A DNA stretch of 32,000 nucleotides from Candidatus Hadarchaeales archaeon (GCA_038823825.1 JAWBCC010000005.1:1-32000); one strand, 5' to 3'. Shown: positions 1 through 9,461, numbered from the stretch's first letter. Notes: a model not told the origin generated them from the letters alone. Numbers and translations are program-made.

Positions 1-3000
1 TACTTTCTAAAGCATATATGTAACGCTTTCCAGAAAGGATGTTTTCAGCGTAGCAGGCGACGGTAGATCCCACTATCCCTGGCCAGGGTGAAAGATTCTC
101 CCACCAGGCTGGCGCATATCTCCAGAACTGGTTGTCTGAAGTTGCTCTAATCATATAAAGAAACGCGCCATCAAAGGAGAGCCTATCATTCGCATAACTA
201 ACAGTCGCTGGAAGAGCTGTTAACGACTCCCATGTGTTCGTGACCACATTATATCGGTAGAAACTCGTTGTTGTTCCGCCCCGCACCGCGTATATGTAAT
301 TCTCGTTTATCACTTCCTGGGCCCCTCCGGCTCCCCAGCTGGCTGGCGCAGATGCAAGTTGCGTCCACGTGTTATCCGAAATCCTATATCTCCAGTACTG
401 GTTTGTTCCGCCCGGAGCATAGTAGAGGAAACCTCCTACTGCCACGAGTGAGGATCCGCTTGCGGGCGGCGGTGGAGTTCCTCCATAAGGCAGATTGTAA
501 AGTTTGGTCCACGTGTTTGAAGTTATAGAATATACGTAAAGCCCGTTTTCGGAGGATCCGTTAAGTATCGCATAAATACTGCTCCCACCTCCCCATGCTA
601 TGCAACTTCCGGAGTACTGATATACCGGAGTGTTTGCAAGAGTCTCCCACTTATTCTCCGGAATGTTGTATCTCCAGAAGTTGGGGGTACCGGATCCTCC
701 TCTGGTCATGTAAATGTAATTATCTTTAGTCCACACCATTCCGCTCCCGGCAGTGGTGGTCGATCCGGGATTTGTTCCCAGATTTTCCCACACATTCTCA
801 AAAATATCAAACCTATACATGTACCGTGTATCAAACGCATAGATATATCTCTTCCCAGAAGCTGAATTTTCTGCATAACAAGCTGTAACATTTTGATTTG
901 TTAATCCGGGCCAAGCTGGTAGATTTTCCCATTCTTCCGTCAACGTTTTTGCGACCGCGTTGCTCGCCTCGCTTATTATCTCGCACAACCCGTCAACGGT
1001 TCTGGTACGCCCGAAACCGGAAGAAGCCCCCACTCTCAAAGATGAATCAGCCAGAACTCTGGGCTCCGAAGAAACGATGGCATCACTACCGATCGTTAAA
1101 GTTGGAGTTTCTGCTTCGAGCGATAGCCTTTCCCAGCTAACAACAGCACCGAGATCGAAAACCCTAGAAAGATACCAACCTGAAAGAGCAAAACGCTGCT
1201 TAAATTCCCATATTTCCCCGCCACCCAATCCTGATGGATTCCCTGCCCAGAAGAGTATTCTGCCAGCTGCATAGGCAATTCTAGGTCCGACATAGTAGTC
1301 TATGCGCCAAGGAAGATTCGGGAATCTCTCCCATTTGTTTTCCTTTATGTTAAATCTGTAGAAGTTGTCGCTGTGCTCTTCCCAGCATGATCCGCCTCCA
1401 GCCGCATAGATGTAATCCTCTTCACCAATCCAAAGGAGAGATGCCCCGTCTCCGACGCCTCCAGTCTCCAACTCGAGAAGTGAGGGAAGATTCTCCCACC
1501 GATTTTCGAGAAGATCAAATCTAGCAAAATTACCGTTGGGGGTCGCTTCAGGCACTTCACCCTGTAAAGCATACAGATACCTTCCACCTGCCCAGACCAA
1601 AGAAGCCCCATCGTCCGTCTGATTATCCCAATTTGGATGGAACGGTAAGATTTCCCACTTGTTTTCCCTAACTGAGTATCTAGCAAAAATCGAAGCATGA
1701 CCACGATAATAACCTCCAGGTCTAGCTTGCTTCCCGAGAAAAGCGTAGAGGTAATTGTCATCATAAACTCCTAGAACCCGACCAGGTACCCACACGAGAG
1801 CATTCCCAGCCCCCTGTCCAGCATAATTTTCGTAAGAGCCCACCGGGTTTACGTAGGGAGTGTCGGCAAGCCTTACCCATCGATTCTCAGAGATGATGTA
1901 GCACCAGAATTCGTAGCGATTGTCATCCGTTCTCCCTCCGGCCAGCGCATATATCCGGTCTCCGTTGTCCCAAGCGAGCACGGTCCCTGAACGGAAGGTG
2001 CCATCAGGAGGCCTAGCTAAGCCTTCCCACCATTTATTTTCTGGATTGTATCTCACGAAATACGCCCGATCCGTCGCACTCCAGCATCTAGCAATGTAAA
2101 GATGTTTATCAGTTCCAACAACGGCCTCTCCGTAACCTCCAGTGAAGTATGTGTTCTCACCTGTGTAAACCCAGTAACCGCTGGTCTCCACAAGCCTGAT
2201 CTCCGCTCCCTTGTGAAGTTTCCAGTTGTCAGTTATCGAAAAAACTGTGTTTTCACGTTCTCCCGGAATCATGTTCTCGAGTTCCGCAGGAATGTCCTCA
2301 AAAAGAACCGTAACAGTTCTAAAGAGCGTTACGCGGTCATCCAGGTATCCTGTAACCAAAATATCAGGCCAGCCGTTAGCATCGATATCTACCACAACCA
2401 TTTCTGACCTTACGTTTCCCGGTCGCTCATACGCCCAGAGGAGAGCTCCGTTTTTCCCATGTAGCGCGTATATCCTGGCGTTTTCTCCTACTCTGTTTTC
2501 GATTTCCGCAGAATCCGTTCCAAAGAGGACATCAAAAACGCCGTCGCCGTTGACATCCGCAATCGTTGGAGATGAGAGGATCTCGTTGCTTGTTCCAAAC
2601 GACCAGAGAACCGTACCGTCCTCGCCTTTGAGACAGAAAACCCTTCCAGCCCTCGAAGCTACAACAACCTCAACCTTTCCGTCTCCGTCCAGATCTCCAA
2701 CTGCTGGATCCGTCTGGACGTAAGGAATTGTGGAAAAGGGGACTGACCAGATCGGTTGTCCATCACTTGCTCTTAAAGCATGAACACCGTTTTCCCAAGT
2801 GCAGACTATTAAATCTGGGGAACCGTCTCCGTTTATGTCCGCGATCGGAACAGTGGAATATATTTTACCTCCAACAGACCTGCTCCACTTTATCTGCCCG
2901 TTATCACCGTAAACGACGTAGACTTTTCCGTTGACGGAACCGAAAACTACCTCGACTTTCCCGTCACCATCAACATCCGAAACGCTTGGAGCCGAGAAGA

Positions 3001-3631
3001 CATTTCCGTCTATAGAGACCGTCCAGAGGACGGAGCCGTTCTCACCTTTAAGGGCGTAAACATACGGACGGAGCTCGAAAATCGTGGAAGGATAGCCAAG
3101 ATTGAAGACGATTTCCGGCTTTCCGTCACCGTTCACGTCATAGATCACTGGGGCGGCCTGCGAACCCATCCCGATGTTGAACTTCCAGACGAGATCTCCA
3201 TTTTCCGCGTTCAGAACGTAAAACCAGCCATCAAGCGAGCTGAACGCAACCTCCAGTTTTCCGTCTCCGTTAACGTCCCCAACCGCCGGGGTCGAGTAAA
3301 CCGGACCACCCGTTGAATAACTCCACTTTATCGAACCATCGGCGTTTATCGAATAAAGCCTGTTGTCCCTCGAACCCACGAATATAACCTTCCTTCCACC
3401 CAAATCCGCTACAACTGGCGAGCCAAGATGGTTTGAACCCAGCCTGTTTTCACCTTTCAATTCGAGACGGGTTATCCGGGCAAAAGGTTTTGACTCGGCT
3501 TTGCCTGTCCTCGCTGGGTTTCCTCTCCCGACTGGCCACTCTGCAGCAGTTAACGGAGTCCCAACTATAGAAATGAATACCGTCAACACTAGCACATACA
3601 TAAGAAAGCGAGAGGGGAAATACCTGGCCAA
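1..3631 (-). CDS. Large secreted beta-propeller protein, partial at left edge: FG-GAP/PQQ-like blades followed by Kelch-like blades
   Basis: Minus frame with codons beginning at 3601 or 3631 reads (L)ARYFPSRFLMYVLVLTVFISIVGTPLTAAEWPVGRGNP, a signal peptide. It then has at least seven repeats of the type PAVGDVNGDGKLEVAF...GWFYVLNAENGDLVWKF, and then Kelch-like repeats such as GAGNALVWVPGRVLGVYDDNYLYAF and ENKWE. It is not in the ORF track because it has no stop inside the window. Possible starts are TTG 3631 (preceded by AGGGAGAAG) or ATG 3601. Confidence 0.85.
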   Translation of the reverse strand, partial: MARYFPSRFLMYVLVLTVFISIVGTPLTAAEWPVGRGNPARTGKAESKPFARITRLELKGENRLGSNHLGSPVVADLGGRKVIFVGSRDNRLYSINADGSIKWSYSTGGPVYSTPAVGDVNGDGKLEVAFSSLDGWFYVLNAENGDLVWKFNIGMGSQAAPVIYDVNGDGKPEIVFNLGYPSTIFELRPYVYALKGENGSVLWTVSIDGNVFSAPSVSDVDGDGKVEVVFGSVNGKVYVVYGDNGQIKWSRSVGGKIYSTVPIADINGDGSPDLIVCTWENGVHALRASDGQPIWSVPFSTIPYVQTDPAVGDLDGDGKVEVVVASRAGRVFCLKGEDGTVLWSFGTSNEILSSPTIADVNGDGVFDVLFGTDSAEIENRVGENARIYALHGKNGALLWAYERPGNVRSEMVVVDIDANGWPDILVTGYLDDRVTLFRTVTVLFEDIPAELENMIPGERENTVFSITDNWKLHKGAEIRLVETSGYWVYTGENTYFTGGYGEAVVGTDKHLYIARCWSATDRAYFVRYNPENKWWEGLARPPDGTFRSGTVLAWDNGDRIYALAGGRTDDNRYEFWCYIISENRWVRLADTPYVNPVGSYENYAGQGAGNALVWVPGRVLGVYDDNYLYAFLGKQARPGGYYRGHASIFARYSVRENKWEILPFHPNWDNQTDDGASLVWAGGRYLYALQGEVPEATPNGNFARFDLLENRWENLPSLLELETGGVGDGASLLWIGEEDYIYAAGGGSCWEEHSDNFYRFNIKENKWERFPNLPWRIDYYVGPRIAYAAGRILFWAGNPSGLGGGEIWEFKQRFALSGWYLSRVFDLGAVVSWERLSLEAETPTLTIGSDAIVSSEPRVLADSSLRVGASSGFGRTRTVDGLCEIISEASNAVAKTLTEEWENLPAWPGLTNQNVTACYAENSASGKRYIYAFDTRYMYRFDIFENVWENLGTNPGSTTTAGSGMVWTKDNYIYMTRGGSGTPNFWRYNIPENKWETLANTPVYQYSGSCIAWGGGSSIYAILNGSSENGLYVYSITSNTWTKLYNLPYGGTPPPPASGSSLVAVGGFLYYAPGGTNQYWRYRISDNTWTQLASAPASWGAGGAQEVINENYIYAVRGGTTTSFYRYNVVTNTWESLTALPATVSYANDRLSFDGAFLYMIRATSDNQFWRYAPAWWENLSPWPGIVGSTVACYAENILSGKRYIYALES

Positions 3632-3673
3632 GACTTCTCCCTAAAAATTTTTTATTGTTTTTTGGTAAAAACT

Positions 3674-4357
3674 TTACGTAAACTCCAGAAAGCGCGAAAT
3701 CAATGCCCAATATATATCTCCTATGATAACTGCCAAGACCAGCCCTGCAAAAAGAATCGGTGCGAATGGTGTTCCAATTTTTACTCTTATTCTTTTGGGA
3801 ATCTTTCCTTCATGAGCTAACCTCTTTATCTCTCTCACCTCATATCTGGTCAGACCAGCCGCTCTTTTCGGATCTCCGTAGACTTTTCCTTGATGGGCGA
3901 TAGTCTCCGCAGGTATCATTCCTTCCTTCAAATCATCCACATGAACTGTCTGATAAAAAATACCCTTTCTCCTTCGGATTATGGCAAAAAAGGGGAGACT
4001 AAACACTGTTAAAATAACGGAATTAAAGAGAACTGAAATGAAAAGCGGGTAAGGAGACCCAGTCGTGAAAGGAAGAAGCGCACCTAGACCAGTAAAAAGC
4101 TTTACGTCCCCGCCCGCCCATCCGCCGATCGAGTAGAGAGCTATCCCTAAAATGAATGCCGCGATTGCTCCCAGCGCCCCTGCAAAAATCTCCCATATTT
4201 CACCCCTCACCGCTCCGGAAACACCGTGGTAGATTATGCCAAAAGCAATCATTGGATATGTGATTTTGTTTGGTATTATCTTTCGCCTGATATCGGTATA
4301 CGCTGCAAGTGATGTGAAAATCAGGGAAATGAAAAGCGGGATTTCCATCCCACTCAC
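3674..4357 (-). CDS. A24-family prepilin peptidase (CpaA/TadV/FlaK-like)
   Basis: 227 aa polytopic protein with AAYTDIRRKIIPNKITYP and GGWAGGDVKLFTGLGALLPF, the two catalytic Asp motifs of A24 peptidases. Confidence 0.88.
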   Translation of the reverse strand: MSGMEIPLFISLIFTSLAAYTDIRRKIIPNKITYPMIAFGIIYHGVSGAVRGEIWEIFAGALGAIAAFILGIALYSIGGWAGGDVKLFTGLGALLPFTTGSPYPLFISVLFNSVILTVFSLPFFAIIRRRKGIFYQTVHVDDLKEGMIPAETIAHQGKVYGDPKRAAGLTRYEVREIKRLAHEGKIPKRIRVKIGTPFAPILFAGLVLAVIIGDIYWALISRFLEFT

Positions 4358-4719
4358 TTTGAAATCTCCCTTTTAAATATAAGGAGACCGCGATACCATA
4401 TTTTCAGAACATCCCCATTTTCGATTCTTATGTCACAGTTGATAATGACCGGGATGTTTTCTATAATCAGCGAATTTCCCTCACCCCGCACGAGCTTTCT
4501 GTCGTTCCTAAAGATTGCCCAAGTCCAATCAGTATTCTCGATATTTTCTCTATCACCCCGGATATTTTCCGGCAATAGGATAATTGCCATTCCGTTTTCA
4601 GCAATTTGCACAGAGGCTTCGAGCGTCACGTTCGGAACAGCAAGCATAACTGAGAAAAACGCAACAGAAATTATGAGAATTGCTGCCGTCGATATCAGCA
4701 GATAGTCCGATATGTCCAT
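4354..4719 (-). CDS. Hypothetical small protein with one N-terminal transmembrane helix
   Basis: 121 aa; MDISDYLLISTAAILIISVAFFSVMLAV hydrophobic segment followed by a beta-rich soluble region. Overlaps the prepilin peptidase start by 4 nt. Confidence 0.6.
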   Translation of the reverse strand: MDISDYLLISTAAILIISVAFFSVMLAVPNVTLEASVQIAENGMAIILLPENIRGDRENIENTDWTWAIFRNDRKLVRGEGNSLIIENIPVIINCDIRIENGDVLKIWYRGLLIFKREISK

Positions 4720-4792
4720 ATCGCTCAGAAAATGATGTTTTCACGATTACATATAAGTAGTACATACAAACTCGTTTTACAGAGGGGATGAG
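4720..4792 (+). promoter_or_regulatory. Divergent intergenic promoter region upstream of rnfC
   Basis: TATA-like 'attacatataag' near 4746-4757 and purine-rich 'agaggggatgag' just before the GTG at 4793. Confidence 0.5.
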
Positions 4793-6067
4793 GTGTTCAG
4801 AAAATTTAAAGGAGGAATAAAACTTCCTCACCTAAAGCCTACGGCTGGCTTTACGATCGAAAGAATGAAGCTTCCGTCTCTCGTCGTCGTGCCGTTAAAG
4901 CAGCACATAGGGGCGGTGTGCGAACCACTAGTTCAAAAAGGAGAGAAGGTTAAAACTGGACAGAAAATTGGGGATTCCCATGCGAATCTTTCTGCTCCAG
5001 TTCATTCGCCGATTTCGGGAGTCGTCAAAGAGGTCAGGATGCATCCGATTCCAACCGGAGAAGAGGTTCCGAGCATATTCATCGAAAGCGATGGTGTTGA
5101 TGAATGGGTAGAAACTTCCGGAATCGATCCGGAGAAAGCCGGAAGGGAGGAAATACTTTCGAAAATAAGAGAAGCTGGAATTGTTGGGCTCGGAGGGGCG
5201 GCGTTTCCTACTCACGTGAAACTGAACCCCCCAAAGAAGGTTGATACTCTCATAATCAACGGCTGCGAGGGAGAACCTTTCATCACAGCCGATCACCGTC
5301 TGATGCTCGAGTATCCAGAGCGGATTATGCGGGGTGTGGAGATAATGATGAAAGTTTGCGGAGCCGAAAGAGCAATCATCGCAATCGAGGAGGACAAGAG
5401 AGACGCCGAACAACAGCTGAAAAAATTTGAAACAGAACGAATAAAAATCGCGGTGTTACCATCTAGATATCCACAAGGTGATGAGAGACATCTAATCAAA
5501 GCATTACTCAGAAGAGAGGTTCCAGCTGGCGGTCTTCCTTTTGACGTTGGAGTGGTGGTTCAAAATGTGGCTACAGCGAAGGCAGTGGCTGATGCTATTC
5601 TAGACGGAAAACCTCTGATTGAGCGGATAGTGACAGTCACCGGCGCAGTCCGATTACCGAAAAATCTCTTGGTCAGAATTGGAACCCTTTTTTCTGCTCT
5701 CATTGAAGAATGCGGCGGACCAGCCAGAGAATATGACAAGATAGTTGCCGGAGGTCCCATGATGGGTTTTGCACAGTGGTGCGATATACCAGTCATAAAG
5801 GGAACTAACTGCGTTCTGCTCATGAAATCCGTAGAAGATGAAGAGAGAGATTGTATAAGATGCGGAAGGTGTGTGGATGTTTGCCCGATGGGGCTTGAAC
5901 CAACCATGCTCGCTTCTTTTTCCAAGAAAAAAATGTTTGACAAATGTCTGGAATATCGGGTGACCAGTTGTGATGAATGTGGATGCTGTGCCTATGTCTG
6001 TCCCTCAAAAATCCCCCTCGTGCAATATATCAAGCTAGCAAAAGATGCACTGAGGAGATCCGCATGA
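4793..6067 (+). CDS. rnfC: Rnf complex subunit RnfC
   Basis: FKGGIKLPHLK start, GLGGAAFPTHVKL, NGCEGEPFITADHRLMLE, and two C-terminal 4Fe-4S motifs (CIRCGRCVDVCP, CDECGCCAYVCP). Confidence 0.95.
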   Translation: MFRKFKGGIKLPHLKPTAGFTIERMKLPSLVVVPLKQHIGAVCEPLVQKGEKVKTGQKIGDSHANLSAPVHSPISGVVKEVRMHPIPTGEEVPSIFIESDGVDEWVETSGIDPEKAGREEILSKIREAGIVGLGGAAFPTHVKLNPPKKVDTLIINGCEGEPFITADHRLMLEYPERIMRGVEIMMKVCGAERAIIAIEEDKRDAEQQLKKFETERIKIAVLPSRYPQGDERHLIKALLRREVPAGGLPFDVGVVVQNVATAKAVADAILDGKPLIERIVTVTGAVRLPKNLLVRIGTLFSALIEECGGPAREYDKIVAGGPMMGFAQWCDIPVIKGTNCVLLMKSVEDEERDCIRCGRCVDVCPMGLEPTMLASFSKKKMFDKCLEYRVTSCDECGCCAYVCPSKIPLVQYIKLAKDALRRSA

Positions 6068-6987
6068 ACAAGCTGGTTGTTTCTCCAAGTCCTCACATAA
6101 AAGATTCCATAACAGTAGAGGAGATAATGTATTCCGTCATTATCGCGCTCGTTCCGGCGGTCGTGGCTGGGGCATACTTTTTCGGGATCGAAATTCTAGC
6201 CGTGATAGCTGTATCAATTCTGACGGCCGTGGTTACCGAATACGTCGCAATGAAGCTAATGAAAAGAAAATTCAGAAATGACGGGAGCGCGATTCTCACA
6301 GGTTTGTTGCTCGCTCTCACACTTCCACCCACGGTTCCTCTCTGGATACCAGCTGTAGGGGCATTTTTCGCCATAGCGATTGTGAAATGTGCATTCGGAG
6401 GACTCGGGCACAACATCTTTAATCCTGCATTGGCTGGAAGAATCTTTCTTGCCCTTTCTTGGCCATCTCTGATGAGAAAATGGCCCGAGTGGGTGGGTCC
6501 TGACGGAATAACCACGGCTACCCCACTTCAATTATGGAAGTTTCAAAACACTCTCACTCCCTATTTCAAACTTTTCATCGGAAATGTTGGCGGATGCATA
6601 GGTGAGACTTCCGCTCTGGCATTGCTCATAGGCGGCCTCTTTCTGATTTCCAGAAAATACATAGACTGGAAGATTCCAGTCTCTTTCATAGGAACCGTTG
6701 GGCTCCTGATGTTTCTGCTCGGTCAGGATCCGATCTTCCACATACTGGCGGGAGGACTTTTCCTTGGAGCATTTTTCATGGCAACGGACTATGTGACCAC
6801 TCCATTGACCGGGAAGGGTAGAGTGATCTTTGGTGTCGGGGCTGGAATTCTGGTTGTCATTTTCCGAATGTATAGTGGGATGACTGAAGGTGTGGCGTTC
6901 TCGATTCTCATCATGAACGCCTTTACACCTTTGATAGATAAGGTCATCAAACCCAAGGTTTATGGAACCACAAAGGTGAAAACATGA
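6064..6987 (+). CDS. rnfD: Rnf complex subunit RnfD
   Basis: MNKLVVSPSPHIKDSITVEEIMYSV...; DGSAILTGLLLALTLPP; FMN-attachment-like motif DGITTATPLQLWK; ATG overlaps the rnfC TGA. Confidence 0.95.
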   Translation: MNKLVVSPSPHIKDSITVEEIMYSVIIALVPAVVAGAYFFGIEILAVIAVSILTAVVTEYVAMKLMKRKFRNDGSAILTGLLLALTLPPTVPLWIPAVGAFFAIAIVKCAFGGLGHNIFNPALAGRIFLALSWPSLMRKWPEWVGPDGITTATPLQLWKFQNTLTPYFKLFIGNVGGCIGETSALALLIGGLFLISRKYIDWKIPVSFIGTVGLLMFLLGQDPIFHILAGGLFLGAFFMATDYVTTPLTGKGRVIFGVGAGILVVIFRMYSGMTEGVAFSILIMNAFTPLIDKVIKPKVYGTTKVKT

Positions 6988-7505
6988 ATACCAGAGAGAT
7001 CATGGTTTTGACCATAATCTGCATAATTTCCGGTTTCTGCCTTTTTGCAGTCCACAATCTCGTGAAGGAAAGGATAGAAAAAACTGAAAACACTGAAATG
7101 ATCAGACTTTTGTCCGAAATTTTTCCCTCCTCGGAATTCGCAGAAGAAAACGGGATATATCTCGCGCGGAGCAAAGAAAATGGAGAATTGGAGGGATACA
7201 TAGCGATGGCAGAAGGGAAGGGATATGGTGGTAGCATCTCGTTAATGATTGGAATCCACAAAGATGGGACTATCAAAAAGGTCAAAATCCTAAAACAGAG
7301 CGAGACTCCAGGGCTCGGGGCAAGGATAACGGAAGAAAACTTTCTTGCTCAATTTGAGGGGAAAAGCGTCGATGAGGTAATGCTCAAGAGAGATGGTGGA
7401 ACAATAGACGCAATAAGCGGGGCTACCATAAGCTCGCGGGCAGTCGTGGAAGCTGTCAGAGAGAAGATGCTCGAACTGGCTTATCTTTGGGGGTCCGCGG
7501 GATGA
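6984..7505 (+). CDS. rnfG: Rnf complex subunit RnfG, FMN-binding domain
   Basis: N-terminal TM, ETPGLGARITEENFLAQFEG, and DAISGATISSRAVVEAV flavinylation motif. Confidence 0.94.
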   Translation: MNTREIMVLTIICIISGFCLFAVHNLVKERIEKTENTEMIRLLSEIFPSSEFAEENGIYLARSKENGELEGYIAMAEGKGYGGSISLMIGIHKDGTIKKVKILKQSETPGLGARITEENFLAQFEGKSVDEVMLKRDGGTIDAISGATISSRAVVEAVREKMLELAYLWGSAG

Positions 7506-8098
7506 AGGAGTTCACAAAGGGGATTTTGAAAAGAAATCCGATATTTTACCTCATGCTTGGTCTATGTCCTACGCTTGCGATTACGACAGCTGTCGAAAAC
7601 GCCTTGATAATGTCCGCCGCATTCCTTTTCGTGATGATCCCGTCGGCCGCGATAATCTCGATGGTTAGAAGGTGGATCCCAAGAAATGTGAGAATCCCAT
7701 CTTTCATTGTCATAATTGCAACCTTCACAACCATCATCGACCTCCTCATCCACGGCTTCCTGCCCAGATTTTACGAAGTTTTGGGAATATTCATCCCACT
7801 CATCGTCGTGAACTGCATAGTTATGGGGAGAGTAGAAGCATTTGCCTCGAAAAATCCGGTTAGAGAATCAATACTTGATGCTGCTGGCATGGGGATCGGA
7901 TTTTCGGCCGCCATTGTCGTCGTTTCTATAATAAGAGAATTGCTCGGAAGAGGTTATGTAGAGATCTTCGGATATACGGTGATTCCCTCTTTTACCCGGT
8001 CGCCAATCGGAGTGATGATTCTTCCGCCAGGAGCTTTTCTCACGATCGGGATAATCATAGCGATTTTCAAGAAGAAGGGGTTGCTTAAAGGGGTGTGA
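7502..8098 (+). CDS. rnfE: Rnf complex subunit RnfE
   Basis: MKEFTKGILKRNPIFYLMLGLCPTLAITT; NCIVMGRVEAFASKNP; polytopic; ATGA overlap with rnfG. Confidence 0.94.
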   Translation: MKEFTKGILKRNPIFYLMLGLCPTLAITTAVENALIMSAAFLFVMIPSAAIISMVRRWIPRNVRIPSFIVIIATFTTIIDLLIHGFLPRFYEVLGIFIPLIVVNCIVMGRVEAFASKNPVRESILDAAGMGIGFSAAIVVVSIIRELLGRGYVEIFGYTVIPSFTRSPIGVMILPPGAFLTIGIIIAIFKKKGLLKGV

Positions 8099-8101
8099 TG
8101 C

Positions 8102-8680
8102 TTGGAGAACCTGCTCGCCATAGCAGTCGGAATGATACTCGTCAATAACATCGTGCTCACGAGATTTCTCGGTCTCTGTTCGTTCTTCGGGGTTTCGAGA
8201 AGAATAAGAGATGCGCTCGGAATGGGGATCGCCGTGACTTTCGTGATGACATGCTCCGCTGCGATCACTTGGTTTGTGTACGAATATCTGCTTGTGCCTG
8301 CAGGTATTCAGTACATGAGAATAGTAGTGTTCATTCTAGTTATAGCCAGTTTCGTTCAGATGGTTGAAGTGATAGTGAGGAAAAAAGCTCCCAGTCTCTA
8401 TAGAGCGATGGGCATATATTTACCCCTCATTACAACAAACTGCGCGATTCTTGGTGTAGTTCTCATCAACACGGAGGTTGAAAGATATTCTTTCGTTGCG
8501 TCCACCGTTAGCGGTTTTTCTGCCGGCATAGGTTACGCTCTCGCGATCCTACTAATGGCCGGAATAAAAGAAAGGCTTGAAATCGCAGAAATACCCGAAT
8601 CATTCAGAGAATCTCCAATCGGCTTCATAATCGCTGCCCTTCTCGCTATGGTCTTCATGGGGTTTGGAGGGATGGTGTGA
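8102..8680 (+). CDS. rnfA: Rnf complex subunit RnfA
   Basis: ENLLAIAVGMILVNNIVLTRFLGLCSFFGVSRR; PLITTNCAILGVVL; TTG start. Confidence 0.94.
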   Translation: MENLLAIAVGMILVNNIVLTRFLGLCSFFGVSRRIRDALGMGIAVTFVMTCSAAITWFVYEYLLVPAGIQYMRIVVFILVIASFVQMVEVIVRKKAPSLYRAMGIYLPLITTNCAILGVVLINTEVERYSFVASTVSGFSAGIGYALAILLMAGIKERLEIAEIPESFRESPIGFIIAALLAMVFMGFGGMV

Positions 8681-8684
8681 AAAA

Positions 8685-9461
8685 ATGATTGAAGCTCTCA
8701 TCTTGGGTGGGCTTGGATTTTCATTTGGAGTAGTTCTGGTCTACCTTGCCAGAAAATTCGAGGTGAAGGTTGATGAAAGACTGGAGAAAATAGTCGAACT
8801 TCTCCCCGGAAAAAACTGTGGGACATGCGGTTTCGCAAATTGTGAAGAGATGGCCTCCGCTTCGCTAAAAGATCCAACATATTTGGAAAGATGTAGAGTT
8901 CTGGAACCGGATAACAGACGAAAAATCGAAGAAATTTTGGGGGTCAGCCTGCAAGATATTTCTAAGAAAATCGCAATTGTAGCATGTACTTTCCAAACTG
9001 AAAACAAGTTTAAATATGTCGGAGTTCAGACATGCGCGGCTGCTGTGCTTGTTTCAAGCGGTTTCAAAAAATGTAAGTATGCCTGTCTGGGTTTAGGGGA
9101 CTGTGTCAGAGTCTGTCCTTTTGATGCGATATCAATCTCCGAGGGTGAGGTCAAAATAGATAAAAACAAATGTGTTGGATGTGGTCTCTGCGTACAAACC
9201 TGTCCGAAGAACGTAATTAATCTCGTAAATGCGGGTGCGTACGTATTTGTTTCGTGCAGCTCTAGAGACAACGCAAAAACTGTTGTCGGCGTGTGCAAGA
9301 ATGGATGTATTGGATGCGGCCTATGCGCAAAGGCCTGTCCCGTCGGGGCGATAAAAATCGAAAACAACCTCGCGATCATAGATTATTCTATCTGTACTGG
9401 ATGCGGAAAGTGCGCTGAAGTTTGTCCTAGAAAAGTAATCTTCAAACTACGGACCAATTAA
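8685..9461 (+). CDS. rnfB: Rnf complex subunit RnfB, polyferredoxin-like
   Basis: N-terminal TM, CGTCGFANCEEMA Fe-S motif, then four ferredoxin-type CxxCxxCxxxCP-like motifs. ATG at 8685 follows rnfA closely. Confidence 0.94.
   Translation: MIEALILGGLGFSFGVVLVYLARKFEVKVDERLEKIVELLPGKNCGTCGFANCEEMASASLKDPTYLERCRVLEPDNRRKIEEILGVSLQDISKKIAIVACTFQTENKFKYVGVQTCAAAVLVSSGFKKCKYACLGLGDCVRVCPFDAISISEGEVKIDKNKCVGCGLCVQTCPKNVINLVNAGAYVFVSCSSRDNAKTVVGVCKNGCIGCGLCAKACPVGAIKIENNLAIIDYSICTGCGKCAEVCPRKVIFKLRTN

Noticed and set aside
2226-2723. Plus-strand ORF of 165 aa
   Set aside because: Antisense shadow of the propeller protein; composition reflects repeated NGDG codons and no family is recognisable.
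1-3460. Repeats that could suggest a CRISPR or tandem DNA repeat array
   Set aside because: The repetition is at protein level (propeller blades). The DNA is diverged and there are no uniform 24-40 bp direct repeats with spacers. No CRISPR-like array was seen elsewhere in the window.
1-3631. Possible pseudogene or non-coding region, because the ORF track shows only short ORFs here
   Set aside because: The long minus-strand frame was read directly and checked codon by codon from 3631 to about 1680. It has no stop there and continues as Kelch-like coding. The track simply omits ORFs that leave the window. An apparent frameshift near 1741-1800 disappeared on rechecking the bases against the track translation.
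4928-6008. Minus-strand ORFs of 161, 127, 68 and 62 aa opposite rnfC
   Set aside because: Shadow ORFs with no recognisable domains opposite a strongly conserved gene.
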